Positions 28,991 through 42,336 of a stretch of 64,000 nt of DNA are shown piece by piece. Both the position numbers and the translations under genes were made by a program. The notes beneath the pieces were generated by a model. It was given only the letters and a program-made list of their open reading frames with translations. It made no database searches and had not been told where the DNA came from. Origin of the DNA: Paragordius varius (lineage: Eukaryota > Animalia > Nematomorpha); NCBI GenBank assembly GCA_964247055.1, contig OZ176053.1, positions 3,224,001-3,288,000 of the forward strand. Reading direction: 5' to 3'. Each line of letters opens with the position of its first letter. The first letter of the stretch is position 1.

Positions 28991-30234
28991 ATTCTTTTTA
29001 ATATTTATAACTTTTTGTAATGACAAAAATTTGAGGACAAACAATACAAAATTTCGAAATGACAGTATAGCTCAGCATCAATGAATTTTATAAAAAAGTG
29101 TTTTTAATATCTTTAATGGTTTTTCACCGTTTCCATCATGCCACACAAAATCTTAAAATTCCGTTTAACTTAAGAGAACAAGTCCATCTTAATGGGGCAA
29201 TAATCTGAAATTTTAGGACTCACATTTTTATTTTTTTTTTAAAAAATATGGACTAATTCCATACCCGTCCCTCAATAGTGTGGATGGTATTGGCTGGAAC
29301 GTATTATACTTTTGCGGAATATACTCCTATCGTAAACGCTTCCCGGCATTAAAAAAATCAAAGAATTCATCACCCTCACAGGTAAATTGCTATGTAATTT
29401 TTATAGTGGGTCACTGTTAAGGCTGTGTCTAACTCAATTGCTCTTCAATTTGTTTCTGAAATTGTTAAAGTACATTTTTTCTCTGTAAGATAAAACCTAC
29501 AAAATAATTTTAATAATGGAAGGATATTTATTAAAATCTATAATCTAAAAGGTTATATATTTTCAAAAATAAATTAACCTTAATTTATAATACTACAGGA
29601 TTAATAATTACAAATTTTCACTATAATTATATTTAGCATTATACCTGTATTATATTAAACTTGTAGTAAAATAATAAGAGTGTTTAATGGGCGAATGGTT
29701 TTATAATCGTAAAAACTATAGGTACCGTAGAATATTTAAAAAAATCTTAATGTTTATTATTTTAGTATACCTAACTTTATGTTTGACTTCAATAAATCAT
29801 ATTGTATTGGGTGTTTATTTTTTTGTTGCCTTAATCAATAAATTTTCGTAGTAAATTTTTAAAAATTTTCCATCATTATTTAAATTGGGTGGTAAAAATT
29901 TTTACATTCATAACCAAAATCTTGACTTAAGTGTTTTTTTATCACCGATCTCCAACACTTGCTGGCTTAAGTATTCTTGCTCAACTTGCCACGCTTGACT
30001 TGCAAGTCAAGTGGGACTTTTTAATCACCCCACCCATAATGATATATTTTGAGAATTTTTGTGGAATGGAGCCTTAAAATTTCATTAATTTAGCATAATA
30101 TGACCAATTACAATATACGATATGTACCATAATAAAAAGCGTAAATATTTTTTTAAACTCAGGTTGCCAAAAGCACTATTGGATCTGCATTTTTTCTATC
30201 AGAAAATATATATTTTCAAAATCGGATTGGACCA

Positions 30235-32245
30235 CTGTGCTTGGTGAGCTCTCTTCCAAACCAGGCAAAGACATGCTGTCTACGAGGACTGGCTATCTGC
30301 TGGTACTAAACGATTTTTCCATGCAATACGCAATAAATGTTACACCAGTCGTTGCAGAGCATGGATTTTAGCCAATGCGGATCGCCTGAAACGCAAGGAC
30401 AGGCAGGCGTTTGTTTCCCGATATTTCACTAAACTGACGGCTAATGAGAAACAATCAAGGGAGCACTATTCAATAATTCGTTTCCTGCTTCGACGGCCCA
30501 GACCCTGTACTTGTCTGCATTCTCATGGCAGGCTGATAATGGATAGCCAGAAGAATGTGATCTCTTTGCACCGACATTCCACTGATCAGTGGGGGATAAT
30601 AAAATGATCCAGGATGACGTTGTCAATGATCATCCATTCTCCTTGAAATTGGATGAAGGAACATTTCGCCTAGGTATTGATTTTTTACGAAATTATAAGT
30701 GCCCAGGGCCAGACCGCAGCGCAGCAGATGCCTGGAAGAAGGAAATAGAATGACGCACTGACAACATCTTACCTATCATCAATAGTTGGCTTGAACGTGG
30801 CACACTGATGGAGGAATGGGTGGAATGCGAGATAATTAATATCGCAAAACAAGATAATCCAGGCAACCCTAATGATTACAGAGGTATAGCCCTAATGAAT
30901 GCAGTATACAAGGTTTTGGCCAACATTGCCCTGTCTAGACTGTAGTCCTTTGATGATGGAAACCATCACGCAATCTGTGGTTTTAGGCGGGGAAGGGGAA
31001 CGATGGATTTATTCTGTTCTTTGATGATTTTCATCCAGAAAAGCAGGCGACATAAGCACCCCTACTTGGGATTTGTGGATATAGCCAAGGCATTCGATAA
31101 ACTAAATAGGGAGCATGTCATGCGTTTGCTGAAGAAGGTTGATATGGAGGAAAACTTTAAGAACTTTATACTTCACTTGATAATCCGTACACGTAGTCGG
31201 GTGGCAGTTGAAACGACCCGTTCGGACTACATCTATTCAGAACGAGGCCTGAAGCAAGGATGCCCTCTGTCCCCAAAGCTCTTTAACTTAGCTGTGGACT
31301 CAATAGTACGGAAGTTATAAGCGAGCTTTCCCAACTTTTTCCAGGTGCTCTGCTATGCAGACGACCTTTGCATCTTAAAGGATACGGAGCAGAACCTGGG
31401 ACAGGCCCTAGATCTGCTGGAATCTGAAACGCCTATTGGCCTAAATATTAATTATGAAAAGTCAAAAGTGATGATAATAATAGGTGAGTCTGATGTGAGG
31501 ATGTTCAAAACTGTTGGATAGGAGCTGGAGGTTGTGGAGTCTTATCGATGCCTGGGAGTTATGGTGGACAAAAACGGATGCGCTCTTAACTCACCTCTAC
31601 TCAGATTGCATTCCGCAAAGCTTCGACGGATTACATTGTTTATGTCGCTCCAAAGAGGTTGGTCAAAGGCTGAAGTTGAAAATATTTAAAAGTCTAATTC
31701 TCCTTAGAATTCTATATGGTTTGTCGGTGTGGCCAAATTCTGTCAAGCATACCTGCAAGGTATTTGTAAATAAATCGCTAAGAGTCATCACAGGTGACAT
31801 CTACTCCAGGACACGGTGCCAACTAGCCACTTGTAAGCTTCATTTAAAAACCGATACCTTGCCATTAGTGCTGGGAATACCATTGTCAAGTCTGAATGTG
31901 GTAGCCCACCAGCTACGCCATAACGAAATGAGTCCGCTTAAGGCGGCACTGGAATGGAAACTGAATGCACGCCCAATTTATTGGAAGTGTGGGCCTTGCG
32001 GAGTCAGACTTTGTAACACTAGTTTTGAACGGAGGTTGGAAGAATAAATGTGCCCAGATTAAGAGAGAGTTGTTAAAGGAAGAGGAGAGGATACACTACG
32101 CCAAACGCCAACGTCGACATGAGCGCCGGCTTCAGAAACAATCTGCGAAAAGGGCGGATCCGGTGAGGGACAGTCTGTGGCTGCCTGTGACCTTAAATAC
32201 TTTATTAGGGGGTAAATTACATATAATTTAATATTACTATTATTA
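30235..32245 (+). mobile_element. Decayed non-LTR retrotransposon (RTE-like LINE), reverse-transcriptase region, 5'-truncated
   Basis: GC-richer block with in-frame stops and frameshifts: KCPGPD; DYRGIALMNAVYKVLANIALSRL*; GFRRGRGT; FVDIAKAFD; GLKQGCPLSPKLFNLAVD; LCYADD (~31350); GLNINYEKSKVM; ILYGLSVW; HQLR..PLKAALEW. It ends near a short (TAT)n/(TTA)n run. Boundaries are approximate. Confidence 0.93.
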
Positions 32246-32579
32246 TCGTATTTAATTTATCTGTGGTACTACATGTTTACTCTGTATACCCTTAGAAACA
32301 CCCAGAAATGAAGTGGCGCCCCCTGCCCTGAAGCGTGTAAAAGCGCAGGAAGGCGGTAAGGGTCGTCCTGTGCGGACAGTGGCGGTTGGAACCATGCCTG
32401 CCACACCCTTTTCTGGATACCTGGATCATAATATATTTTGTGTGCGTGCATATTTTGTAAAATATAGGAGTTTAATAAAAATCCTTTAGTGTATTATGAA
32501 CGAATTTAATAGATAATGGAGCTCTTATTTACCGTTTCTGATATTCAAAAAATTAAAGTTTCTAAATATTTTAACACTT

Positions 32580-33110
32580 CAATTCAAATTGGGGTATCTA
32601 AATACCCCAGACTAATTAAATTAAAATTATTAGAAAACTACTGAAGGAAACGGTCCCAATTTAAATTTATGCTTCTATCCTGATATATATTATATAAATA
32701 TGCCAAAATATCTTGATAAAATTTTGTTTTGAAAAAAAGTTCCATCACAAACTACTTCGACGCCATTTTTATTTTTTAAAAATTTTGCAAAATATCGTCT
32801 TCATTTAATTTTGAGGGTAAAATTAAAGCTTATTTTTTATTTAAATTACATCTAACATTGATAGAAATAGAAAAAGCGGTTTATTTTGTATTATTTTTTA
32901 ATTTTACAATTTGACACATGTCACGTTGACTAAATTTTTACCTTTCAGTTTTAAATCTAAATAAGTAATATCAAGTATTTTAAATAATTTTTTTTATATA
33001 TTTCGGTTTATTAATGTTATATATGTGCATGCCATGGTTTTGTTCCATACTTCTTAAAGTACATTTTAAACAGGCCTGGGGTATCCAACTAGCCCAATTT
33101 GAATCAAAGG
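32580..33110. repeat. Dispersed ~0.5 kb repeat (MITE-like), copy 2, immediately upstream of chmp4
   Basis: Imperfect ~33-bp TIRs TTCAAATTGGG..ATACCCCAG / CTGGGGTAT..CCCAATTTGAA; homologous to 28450-28990. Confidence 0.85.
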
Positions 33111-33190
33111 ACTAAAATGAGTGTGTTATATCCAAGTGTTAAATACAATATATTATTAGCATCTGTTGCACGCGATTTCAAAATATCGAT

Positions 33191-35067
33191 ATGAGCCTTT
33201 TTAACAAACTTATTGGAACTGGTAAAAAAGAAGAGGCACCGTCCACACAACAAGCAATCACTAAATTGCGAGATGTTGAAGATATGCTTTTAAAAAAATC
33301 CGATTATCTAGAAAATAAAATTCAACAAGAGGTGGGAATAGCTAGGAAAAACGCTTCAACCAACAAAAGAAGTATCAATTTTTTAACGTTTAAGTTGCTA
33401 TACAAGCACTTAAAAGAAAGAAAAGATATGAAAAACAATTGCAACAAATAGATGGTACTTTATCTACCATCGAATTTCAAAGGGAATCCCTCGAGAATGC
33501 CAATACTAACACTGAAGTTATAAGGATAATGCATTATGCTTCCGATGCATTAAAACTTACCCATAAGGATATGTATGCTTTTTATTTTTAATTTTACAAA
33601 AGGAATATTGACAAAGTTCATAATTTAATGGATGATGTTGCCGAACAACAAGATATTGCCAATGAAATATCGCAAGCCATATCGACATCTATTGGATACG
33701 GACAGGATGTTGATGAGGTAAATTGGGATAAAATCGGTTATTCTCAAACCATTTTTAGAATTCGATACTGCGATTATTGAAAGTTTCAATTGTTTTTTTA
33801 CCAATTTATATTATAATATTAAGCTTCTTCTTTATCATTAATACTATTTTTGCCGAGTAAATACTGTATTTTTTGGGTAAAATACCTTTAAAACCTTTTT
33901 AGCCAAACACAAGCCAATTATACCATTTTTCTCATTTTTTGAATCGAAACCGTTTTATCATAAACCCGTATTTTTTAAAAATCGAAACATAAATTTATGA
34001 TACATTAATTATAAACAATTGGAGTTCTAATCTAATTAAAATTGTTAATGATATTTAAAAAACACAAAATTCATAGGATGAATTGAATTTGGAGTTGGAA
34101 AAATTGGAGCAAGAAGAACTTGATAAACAATTGTTAAATGTTGCTGGTCCTTCTACGATTGCCCTTCCAACTCCCCCCATTGCCGAACCCATAACCAAAT
34201 CTCCCTCCAAAGTTAAAGGTAAAATTTCACATTTACCATATAAATTTTTAATTCGTATTAGAATACATTGTTATTGATTAAATTAAAAATTTTTATACAT
34301 ATATTAAATTCAAACTTATCTTTTTGGCGTTAACAATTATTGTTTGCTAGTTTAATATAAATCAAAGGTGTCCAACACAAATAAATTTGTGGGCCGCAAT
34401 TTGACTTACAAAACAGGCGGGTCGCATTCCAAATATATATGGGCATTCATAAATATCTTATTAGATCAAACAAAAGTTTATAAATGCAAACACTATATAA
34501 CAATATTTTCATTTTATCAATTGCATAGATTTATTCAGTAAATTTATTTAAAATATGTTCATAATATTATATTATGGGCGTACTCTATTGGATTTCCAAA
34601 TTTTTTGCGAGCCGCACACAATGACTCTGGAGACCATCCCTGATTTAATCGGATTTATTTTTAAATTTTTTTTTGATAAGTTTTATTTTGAGAAACTATT
34701 TAATAACGATAATTCCTTTAGAAGAAGTGATTTCGTGTTAATTTTCAAAAGAAGTTAATTTTTTTAAACAATAAATAAATTTTATAATCGTCAAGTTTAA
34801 TGGTTAGAGTAATTGCTAATAAAAAGTTTAGGTTTTATTTATTTAATCCAATACCCTCCTGTAAATTTTTTACCTTTATTAATATGATTGCATTATATCT
34901 ATATCTACTCTTCTAATATTTTTTGTATGCTATCATCCTTTTTTTATTATTTTTATATAATTATTGCACTTAATCGATTGTTTTATATTTTAATTTTATT
35001 ATTTTTAGTCAAAAGCTCCACCGCAAATGATGAAGACCTCAAAGAACTTGAAGCTTGGGCCAATTAG
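33191..35067 (+). CDS. chmp4: ESCRT-III subunit CHMP4/Snf7/Vps32, 5 exons, 224 aa
   Basis: Exons 33191-33371, 33395-33572, 33603-33717, 34077-34218, 35009-35067 (TAG); 675 nt. Peptide has QALKRKKRYEKQLQQIDGTLSTIEFQRESLENANTNTEV, DELNLELEKLEQEELDKQLL and the C-terminal MIM1-type helix DLKELEAWAN. Confidence 0.97.
34363..34642. mobile_element. Degenerate hAT-like MITE in chmp4 intron 4
   Basis: CAAAGGTGTCCAAC left end, GGGCCGCA subterminal motifs, right end ..CCATCCCTG. Confidence 0.45.
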
Positions 35068-35349
35068 ATTTTTGTTATCCATTGACAAAACGCAAATATT
35101 TAATTACGCAATCAAAAATAGACCAACAAGTTAGTTTCAGAAAAAGGACTAACTTTGCTGTTATTAATATTTTTATTAATCGTAAATCATAATAATTACC
35201 CTTAATTCCAAACATGTCGATGATGATTAACTATAATATTAATTTCAGCAAAAATTATAATAAAATTATTTATTTATTATATGTGTAATCAATACGTTAA
35301 ATGTACTGAAGTTTATTATAGCTTTTTTTTAAAAATTTAATTGCCAGCC

Positions 35350-38104
35350 CTATTTACCCTGAGTTATTGCTTCGTTTTTCGTAATTTGATTTCCTTTTCC
35401 AATATTTTGTTGCATATTGCCCAATGGTGCTGTATTATTCAATTTTGTACATTTTTCATCTTTTCCCATTTGTAAAGATACTGCGTTGGCATACGAATCG
35501 GTTGTGATTGCGTTAGTTGTGTTATTTGCGCTGGTCGGGTTTATTGGCACCGTTTCAGTTGGAGTATACGGGTGATTATAAAGGTTGCTGTTAGTATTAA
35601 AGGCTTGCTGTGTTTGCAATATTGGTGTCAAAGGATTTATATTTGAAGGCGATATCTGGGTAAAAAAAGCATTTGGAACATTATTATTATTTACATTTAT
35701 GTTTGGGTAAATATTAGTTGGTATAATAGGTTGAAGTTGGTTCGATTGTGGTCCATTTGGTACATTTATATTTGGGGCATGTGATAAAACTGGTTGCGTC
35801 GGTTTATACGTTGATGCATTGCCATAAGAAAAGAATGTGGGGAACTTTGTGTAAAATTGGCTCTAATAATTTATGAAAATATATGTCAATGATTAACTAC
35901 ATAGGCTATATAAATTATACCTAATGAATTATACTAATTGAAAAAATGATATTTTTCCCTTTTGTGTAAGTTAGAAAAAGTGTGATATAACTTTCTTAAA
36001 TGCCTTGAAGGTATACAATCGAAAGCTCCATAAATATGAATTTTATCGGATTTAATATCAATATGTTAATATGTGATTAGTAACATAATGTAGATGACCA
36101 CGAAATTAAATTTTATAAGGGTTTTGAGGTCGATATAAAAATTATGTTGTTTTAAAACATAGAATCTTATCAATTTTTTATATAATCTAGTGAATCTTAA
36201 TTGAAAACATAAAATAATGCGCATTGCCGTTAAACCATATTCATTATAATAATGTTTTAAAACATTTTATATAATGTGTATAAATTAAAAAATTACAGAT
36301 GGATTTTTGATGGCGCTTAATATTCTTTCGCGGCAAATTATTTCATCATTTCTTAATACAGTTGCAGCGGTTGGGAATTTAGATTTTATGCGCATTCTTT
36401 CCTAAACATCAATCCATAATATATTATTCTTTTGATTACAATGCAAAATATCGGTTTTACCTTATCTAAAAACCCGCTCATCTCAAAATCTTGGAGCTGT
36501 TTTCTGAATCCTGGATTAGGGTTTATATATGTACGAGTGGCAATTACTGCATTGTAGGCATCTTGACAGTTTAAATTAGCGGTCGACATCAAATAAGCTA
36601 TGACTGTTGTCGGGCCTCGTGATACACCGCACATGCTTAAAAAATAAAATATACCATTTACAGTTCATATTCACTGAACAATTTAAACTCACCTTAAAAT
36701 AAATTATGTGGTTTTTATGATTAAAAATTACCTCTATCTTTTAATATTTTTTAAAATGAAATTTTGTATAAAATTAAAATAATACTGAAATAATAAGCCA
36801 CAAAGATATGTTATATATTAATAATGAGTTATATTAGCCCGAAAACACAGGATTTATTTTTAGGGTGAATTTGAATCGTTCAAGGGAAAATTTGAATTGT
36901 TCACGGGTGAATTTAAATTGTAATTGGTATATAACATTTTACAAAATTTAAACCTAAAAATTATTGTGTGTATTAAAAATGTAATTTTTTAGCCTCTGCC
37001 TGTAAAAAGACGAATAATCGACATATAAGATCTGAAAAAATCTTGAGTAGTATATATGTTGGAATTTATAATTTATATATATCATACCAATGGACTAATA
37101 CCCGGCCTCGGTTTAACCGACATTGATGGATATAATCATTGATGGATGGCACGAAATCAATGATGCTTTGAGACATTATATCGCGGCAAGGTACGAGGAA
37201 AGAATCCCGATTCTATTTAAAAACACATCGACAAAATCAAAATAAATTATAGGACTAGTTTCCTCTATTTATGAAAAAAAAAACATATTTCTTTTCATAT
37301 TGCCTATTGATACCCAAAAAGTTTTATAAATGGAGTATTTTGAAAAACACAGGTCATTGACTTTTTATGATTTCATTAGGCTTAATATATATATATATAT
37401 ATATATATAATATAAGTACCGGATGCAATTTGATTGGACTTTCCGTTACAGTAACAAGATTCGTAATTCCCTTCTTTGTTAATAATTGGTCATCACTGGC
37501 TTCCCTATAGCCTGCTAGGAAGAGGCCTGGTACAATCTAAACACACACATATACACTCAATATAAAAAAATATATTATGGTTTTTAATTTGCACAATAAT
37601 TTATTGTTCAAAAAATACAACACCCAAAAAGGTGTAACTGTGAGAAAAAATTGATGTATAGTTGCGATAAAGATTTTCAACAAAACACACAGTCTGACAA
37701 TAATTAATGACCTCTTTAATTTAGTATTGCGTGTATTGTATTTAACCATAATCTTAGGTCATCAATATATTTTTTAAGTTAATCGTAATCAATCCTAAAC
37801 ACAAAACTGTGGCAGTGCATGGATACATGTGAAAAAGGCTTTAAAAATATAAAATATACGTTGATGATACCAACAAAGTAGGAGTGTTTTAAATTTTTTT
37901 ACCCATTGTTAGCCCAATTTTGTAAAAATTATTTAAAGAAAAACATTCAGCTAACTGTGTTACAAAACCATTCTCTCAATTAATAAATAAACAAATTAAA
38001 TTCCTTTTGTAATTTGCATATTTAATTGCAAAGTATATATAAATATAGAAAACTTCATGAATATTGTCTTCCACGCTTCCTGGGGGATTGGATAGTGATT
38101 TCAT
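35350..38104 (-). CDS. Atypical dual-specificity phosphatase (DUSP22/15-like) with N/P/Q-rich tail, 6 exons, about 361 aa
   Basis: Exons (minus): 38104-38054, 37536-37420, 37212-37088, 36635-36461, 36401-36297, 35862-35350; 1086 nt. Motifs: EIVPGLFLAG, PCRD (general-acid Asp), VLVHCMCGVSRGPTTVIAYLM, R..INPNPGFRKQLQDFE. Confidence 0.9.
36652..36929. mobile_element. MITE, 'TACCATTTACAC' family (DUSP intron)
   Basis: TACCATTTACAG...GTAATTGGTA termini, GGGTGAATTTGAA repeats; ends 14 nt from the exon-4 acceptor. Confidence 0.85.
37384..37408. repeat. (TA)n microsatellite; similar tracts near 16394-16414 and 5468-5482
   Basis: Direct reading of the sequence. Confidence 0.95.
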
Positions 38105-39701
38105 TGGGAAATTTTTTAGAATAGCTCCTTCTATTTGATAATAATAAAATAGGATGAAATATATTTAGGTATAAAGAGAGAATACTTTTAAATTAAAAGA
38201 TACTATTTTGAATATTTACTCCAGCTCATTGCCGGCCTGTATAAACTAAACAGTGTTTTTGATCATCATTTTTGCTTTGAATGAAATAGAGATCATTTAC
38301 GATTGATTGGAAATGTGTAAAAAAATCATTATAAATAGAAACAATGAAAATCACAACAATTGATTTAAATGATCACATTATGACGCTAAATGTTACATAT
38401 TAAGGATAATTAAATTTAAACTAACACTATACTAAACGATGGTATGTTTTTAGCCAAGGTAGCCTAAAAAATCAATTAAAAAACAACCTTTATATTATCT
38501 TAGTTGTGGCCTCACGTTTGTTTGTGTTGTGCATATAGTGTATTTGTATAATTAATAGATTTCAGTTGCTCGCTTAAATATTTTTTCTTTTTACCAGATT
38601 TAAATATATGCAGTCACCAATCTTTAATAAAGGGAGTATTATTCGTATTACGGACGATTAACTAAAACAATAGACTAAAAGAATATAAATATACTATACA
38701 GTTTAGAATGTCTATTTTTATTAAAGGGTACCTACTTAAATTGTATCAGAAAATGTGAAGGCTTTAACAATCGTCTGCCCAAGGCTGACAGTAATGAAGT
38801 TAACTAGCGCCTTATTCTCACACCTTTCAAAAGAAAAATAAATTAAATACCATAATGGTATTATATATTGAAGCCTTAACCTAGCTAAAAATGCGAATAC
38901 GTTTTATTATAATAATGGAATTAATAAAAAACAATTCTTTGATTTATCATCCCAATCAAAAATATGGATTAGGCGGTCACACATATAAAGCAAAACGAAA
39001 AATGTGACATAGAAATAATTTTGCGAAAATGTATAATTTTTCTTTTATCATTCATGGCTTTATTTAATTTCTCGATAGTATTGAAAACTCCCGATGTTTT
39101 TTTTGATTAATTCCAGACAGATTACCGTAAGCAAGCCATATGTAATACCTCATCGAATTCACTACTATTATTTCATTTGGGTTTAAGCTAATATTTAATC
39201 ATTAATAAGAATTTTATGAAAAACGGTAAAAATATTTTTAAAACGATCAGGAAAAATATTCTTTTTTTCCCTGCAGATATGTAAGGCCGCTAATGTAATT
39301 CAAATATTAAAGTTAAGACTAAAAGTTTTTAGAGACTCTTAAAATAAAACGGGAACAAAGTGTCTTTAAAAATAATTTATTTAGTATCACAATATAGATT
39401 AAATTTTAATAGCGCAATCTCGGTTCTTGTATTTTTAATTGTAGACAATTCGCCCATTTTAGCGGAACCAAAAATTATATCGGATTTCACATATATAAAA
39501 ATTAATATAGATATTGTTATTAGAAGCGTTTAGTTACCACCAAAAAATATATTAAACAAAATATACGCTAACTTTGCGACTTTTCTTTTCGATATGGATC
39601 AATTATCATATAATTGTTGGTAATATCTTTCTCAAATTACTCGTAAACCTAAAATTTAAGTGAGAATCCTGATTCATTTTTTATTAATATATATTTATTT
39701 T

Positions 39702-39966
39702 AAGTAAAATTGAAATTATACGGACAAAACGTAAAAATATAATGACAGATATTTTGTTCTAAAATACAACCATACTTTTTATATTGATTCTTATATAAAT
39801 CATTGTTAAAAATAGCAAAGTATGGAATAATGGATGGTAATGCATCAATTATATTAATAAATGCAATTGAAGATTTTTTAAGGGAAAATATAAGATTTTA
39901 AAAGTATGGTTCTAAAAATATTTGTCTTTATAATTTAACGTGTCCGCATAAATTAAAATTTTATTG
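39702..39966. mobile_element. Diverged copy of the 6613-6898 MITE
   Basis: Shares GTAAAATTGAAATTATACGGACAAAACGT.AAAATATAATGACA, internal blocks and the right end TGTCCG.ATAA. Confidence 0.8.
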
Positions 39967-40519
39967 TATCACTAGCGTTTTTTTGTTAATACGCGATGTG
40001 CACTCCTAATTAATTAATTATCATCTCCTAATTTTAGCGAAAAATAGCCTCAGAATATATTGTTGAGCGGGTGGTATAAAGGCCCAAGAACAACAAATTT
40101 TAACAATGTTAACAAAATAATTATTCAGCCATGATCTTAGTATAAAAATATAAGGAATTATTTAGTAAAACGTGCAAAAACGCTTTATTTTTGACATCGT
40201 ATGTATAAATAATAAAAAAGACATGAATAATTTTGTGCTTATGGAGTAAAATTTGACTTACACACATTTGTAAAATTCCTATATATATTAATGCATACAT
40301 AACCTGTGATGCAGTGTAAGTGTAATTTGTCCATTTTGTAATGCCGTAGAATTATAAAAAAACCTACGTTGTCGTATGGAAAGTACCTATCTCACCGATT
40401 CCTAATTAGGTCTCATCATTAACAAAAGGTGCTTCATAGAATTTTCGAACTGTGCATTCATACTAATATATTGTTTACTGTTGTGAAGGCCCTAAATTGA
40501 CGGTTAACGTAAAAATATA

Positions 40520-40910
40520 AACTCCTATGGCTTCTTAAATTTATTGAAAAAATGGCTCCAAAACCACGCCATTTTTGTATGGCGTCTCAGTTTTAAACCG
40601 GTAGACCCCTAGCCATAGATCTATTTGGAAAAAGCGCTGAGTGGTAATATTGTCAAGCTTTTGATGAGCTCATATGGCTTCATAAATTTTCTGTGAATTA
40701 ACTCCAAAACAACGCAATTTCTGCATAGTGGTGCGGTTTTTGGCGGATTCCTTACCCAGGTGCAGGTATAAAAAAGCGTTGGGCAAATTTTTTATTTTTA
40801 TGGGAATATCTGGAAATATGATGGATTCCATATGTTCCTATAAATTATTGGAAATATTGCTTCAAAACTAAAAAATTGTTCTAAGGCAGCGCATTTTTCA
40901 GGCCGTAAAA
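40520..40910. repeat. Left part of the same degenerate array
   Basis: Shares CTCCAAAAC.ACGC.ATTT, CCTTACCCAG, GGGAATATCTGGAA and GCTTCAAAACTAAA with 44395-45440. Confidence 0.75.
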
Positions 40911-42336
40911 CTTTACCTACCTACTCATTAACATAACTCCCTATCAGTGGCGAAACTACGGGGAGCTAGGGAGAGCAGTGCGGAGGGGTCCAAGGCAAAA
41001 ACAGGAGTCCTTTTTTATTATTTATATTAAATTTAGGCCCCCTTTCTATTTTGACTGGGAGCCTAAAATTCATTACCTTTTTTATTTACAGATATGTAAG
41101 TAATATTGTCTGATTGTAAGTATACTGGTAATAAAGAGAATAATTATATTGATTAAAAGGAAGAAACAAAAAAATGCATTTTTTTCACTATCTCAATATG
41201 CGGTTTTATTACAAGTTGATAATTAATAAGCACCCTCAAATTCTCTCCTGTTAACACCTTAAAAAAGTGAAAATAGTTAAAAAATAAATAAATTGGTATA
41301 GATAATTGACAACAAAAATTAATGAAGCTTATAAATTTCAAGTTCTAAATTATTTTGTTATTAAAAATTATAAAATATAAACATGTTAAGATTATTTTCT
41401 TAGTTTACCTTTGCAATGACATAGTACGACTAATGGATTAAAAGGAGATATGATAACACTGATCAACAAGGTTTTGCACCACCCCATTATTTTTGCATTT
41501 TCCGATACCTAATGGCATGGAAAGGCCAAAACAAAAAAGAAAATCGACGCCACCAATAGGATTTTACCGAAATTTAATTTTTAAATTTGTAGTTAATTTA
41601 AAAATAACAATCATTCCTCGTGTACATATGTTTAAATATTCAAACGAACAAGTCGATAGAAGTAATATTCCATGCATGAATAACAAAATTCTAGGCATTA
41701 AATAAGATACTAAACAAGCTAAGAGCCAAAGTATTAAAAATCTAAAAGGGGCTTATGTATAGTGTGATAGATCCGGGTGGCTGCACAAGCTCTGCATATC
41801 CCCCAAGCGATCCAATTATGCCAGATGTGGCAAAGATAACAATAAGTAATCGTAAAGCTCGATAAGAGAGACTTGCAAGCAAAATCCAAGCAAATTGACA
41901 TGTTAAATTAACCAATTCACAGAATAAAGTTAGATAAATTCTACAATTAAATTGAATAAAAAGATTAGGTAAATACAAACGGTCCAATCCCATAATAGTA
42001 AATTCTACTAAAAGTGGCTACACAACATTTATCTGAAATTAAAAATACAAAACAATCAATAATTTTAAAAAATACAGTATATCCACTAGGTAATAAAGGA
42101 TTTTTTGTAAGAACCAACTCAAGAAAAAAGCCTAATAAGTATTCGAAAGGACCAAAACTAACAAAAAAATATAGCCTATCTAAAAGCCGAAGGTTTAAAC
42201 CATAGAATGCCTTTTTTAGTATTTTTTAAAAAATTTTTATACGTATTAAAAATTTACTTGAAAGAAAAAGACTAAATTTTGACGTTTAAGTCCGTACTAT
42301 TTTTTTCTCTCTGATATTTAAATGACATATTTATAT

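Noticed and set aside
29250-29381. Open + strand segment ending at a good donor (GLIPYPSLNSVDGIGWNVLYF..)
   Set aside because: No acceptor or partner exon and no recognisable family.
38727-38807. Short open segment GTYLNCIRKCEGFNNRLPKADSNEVN*
   Set aside because: Isolated, with no upstream exon or homology support.
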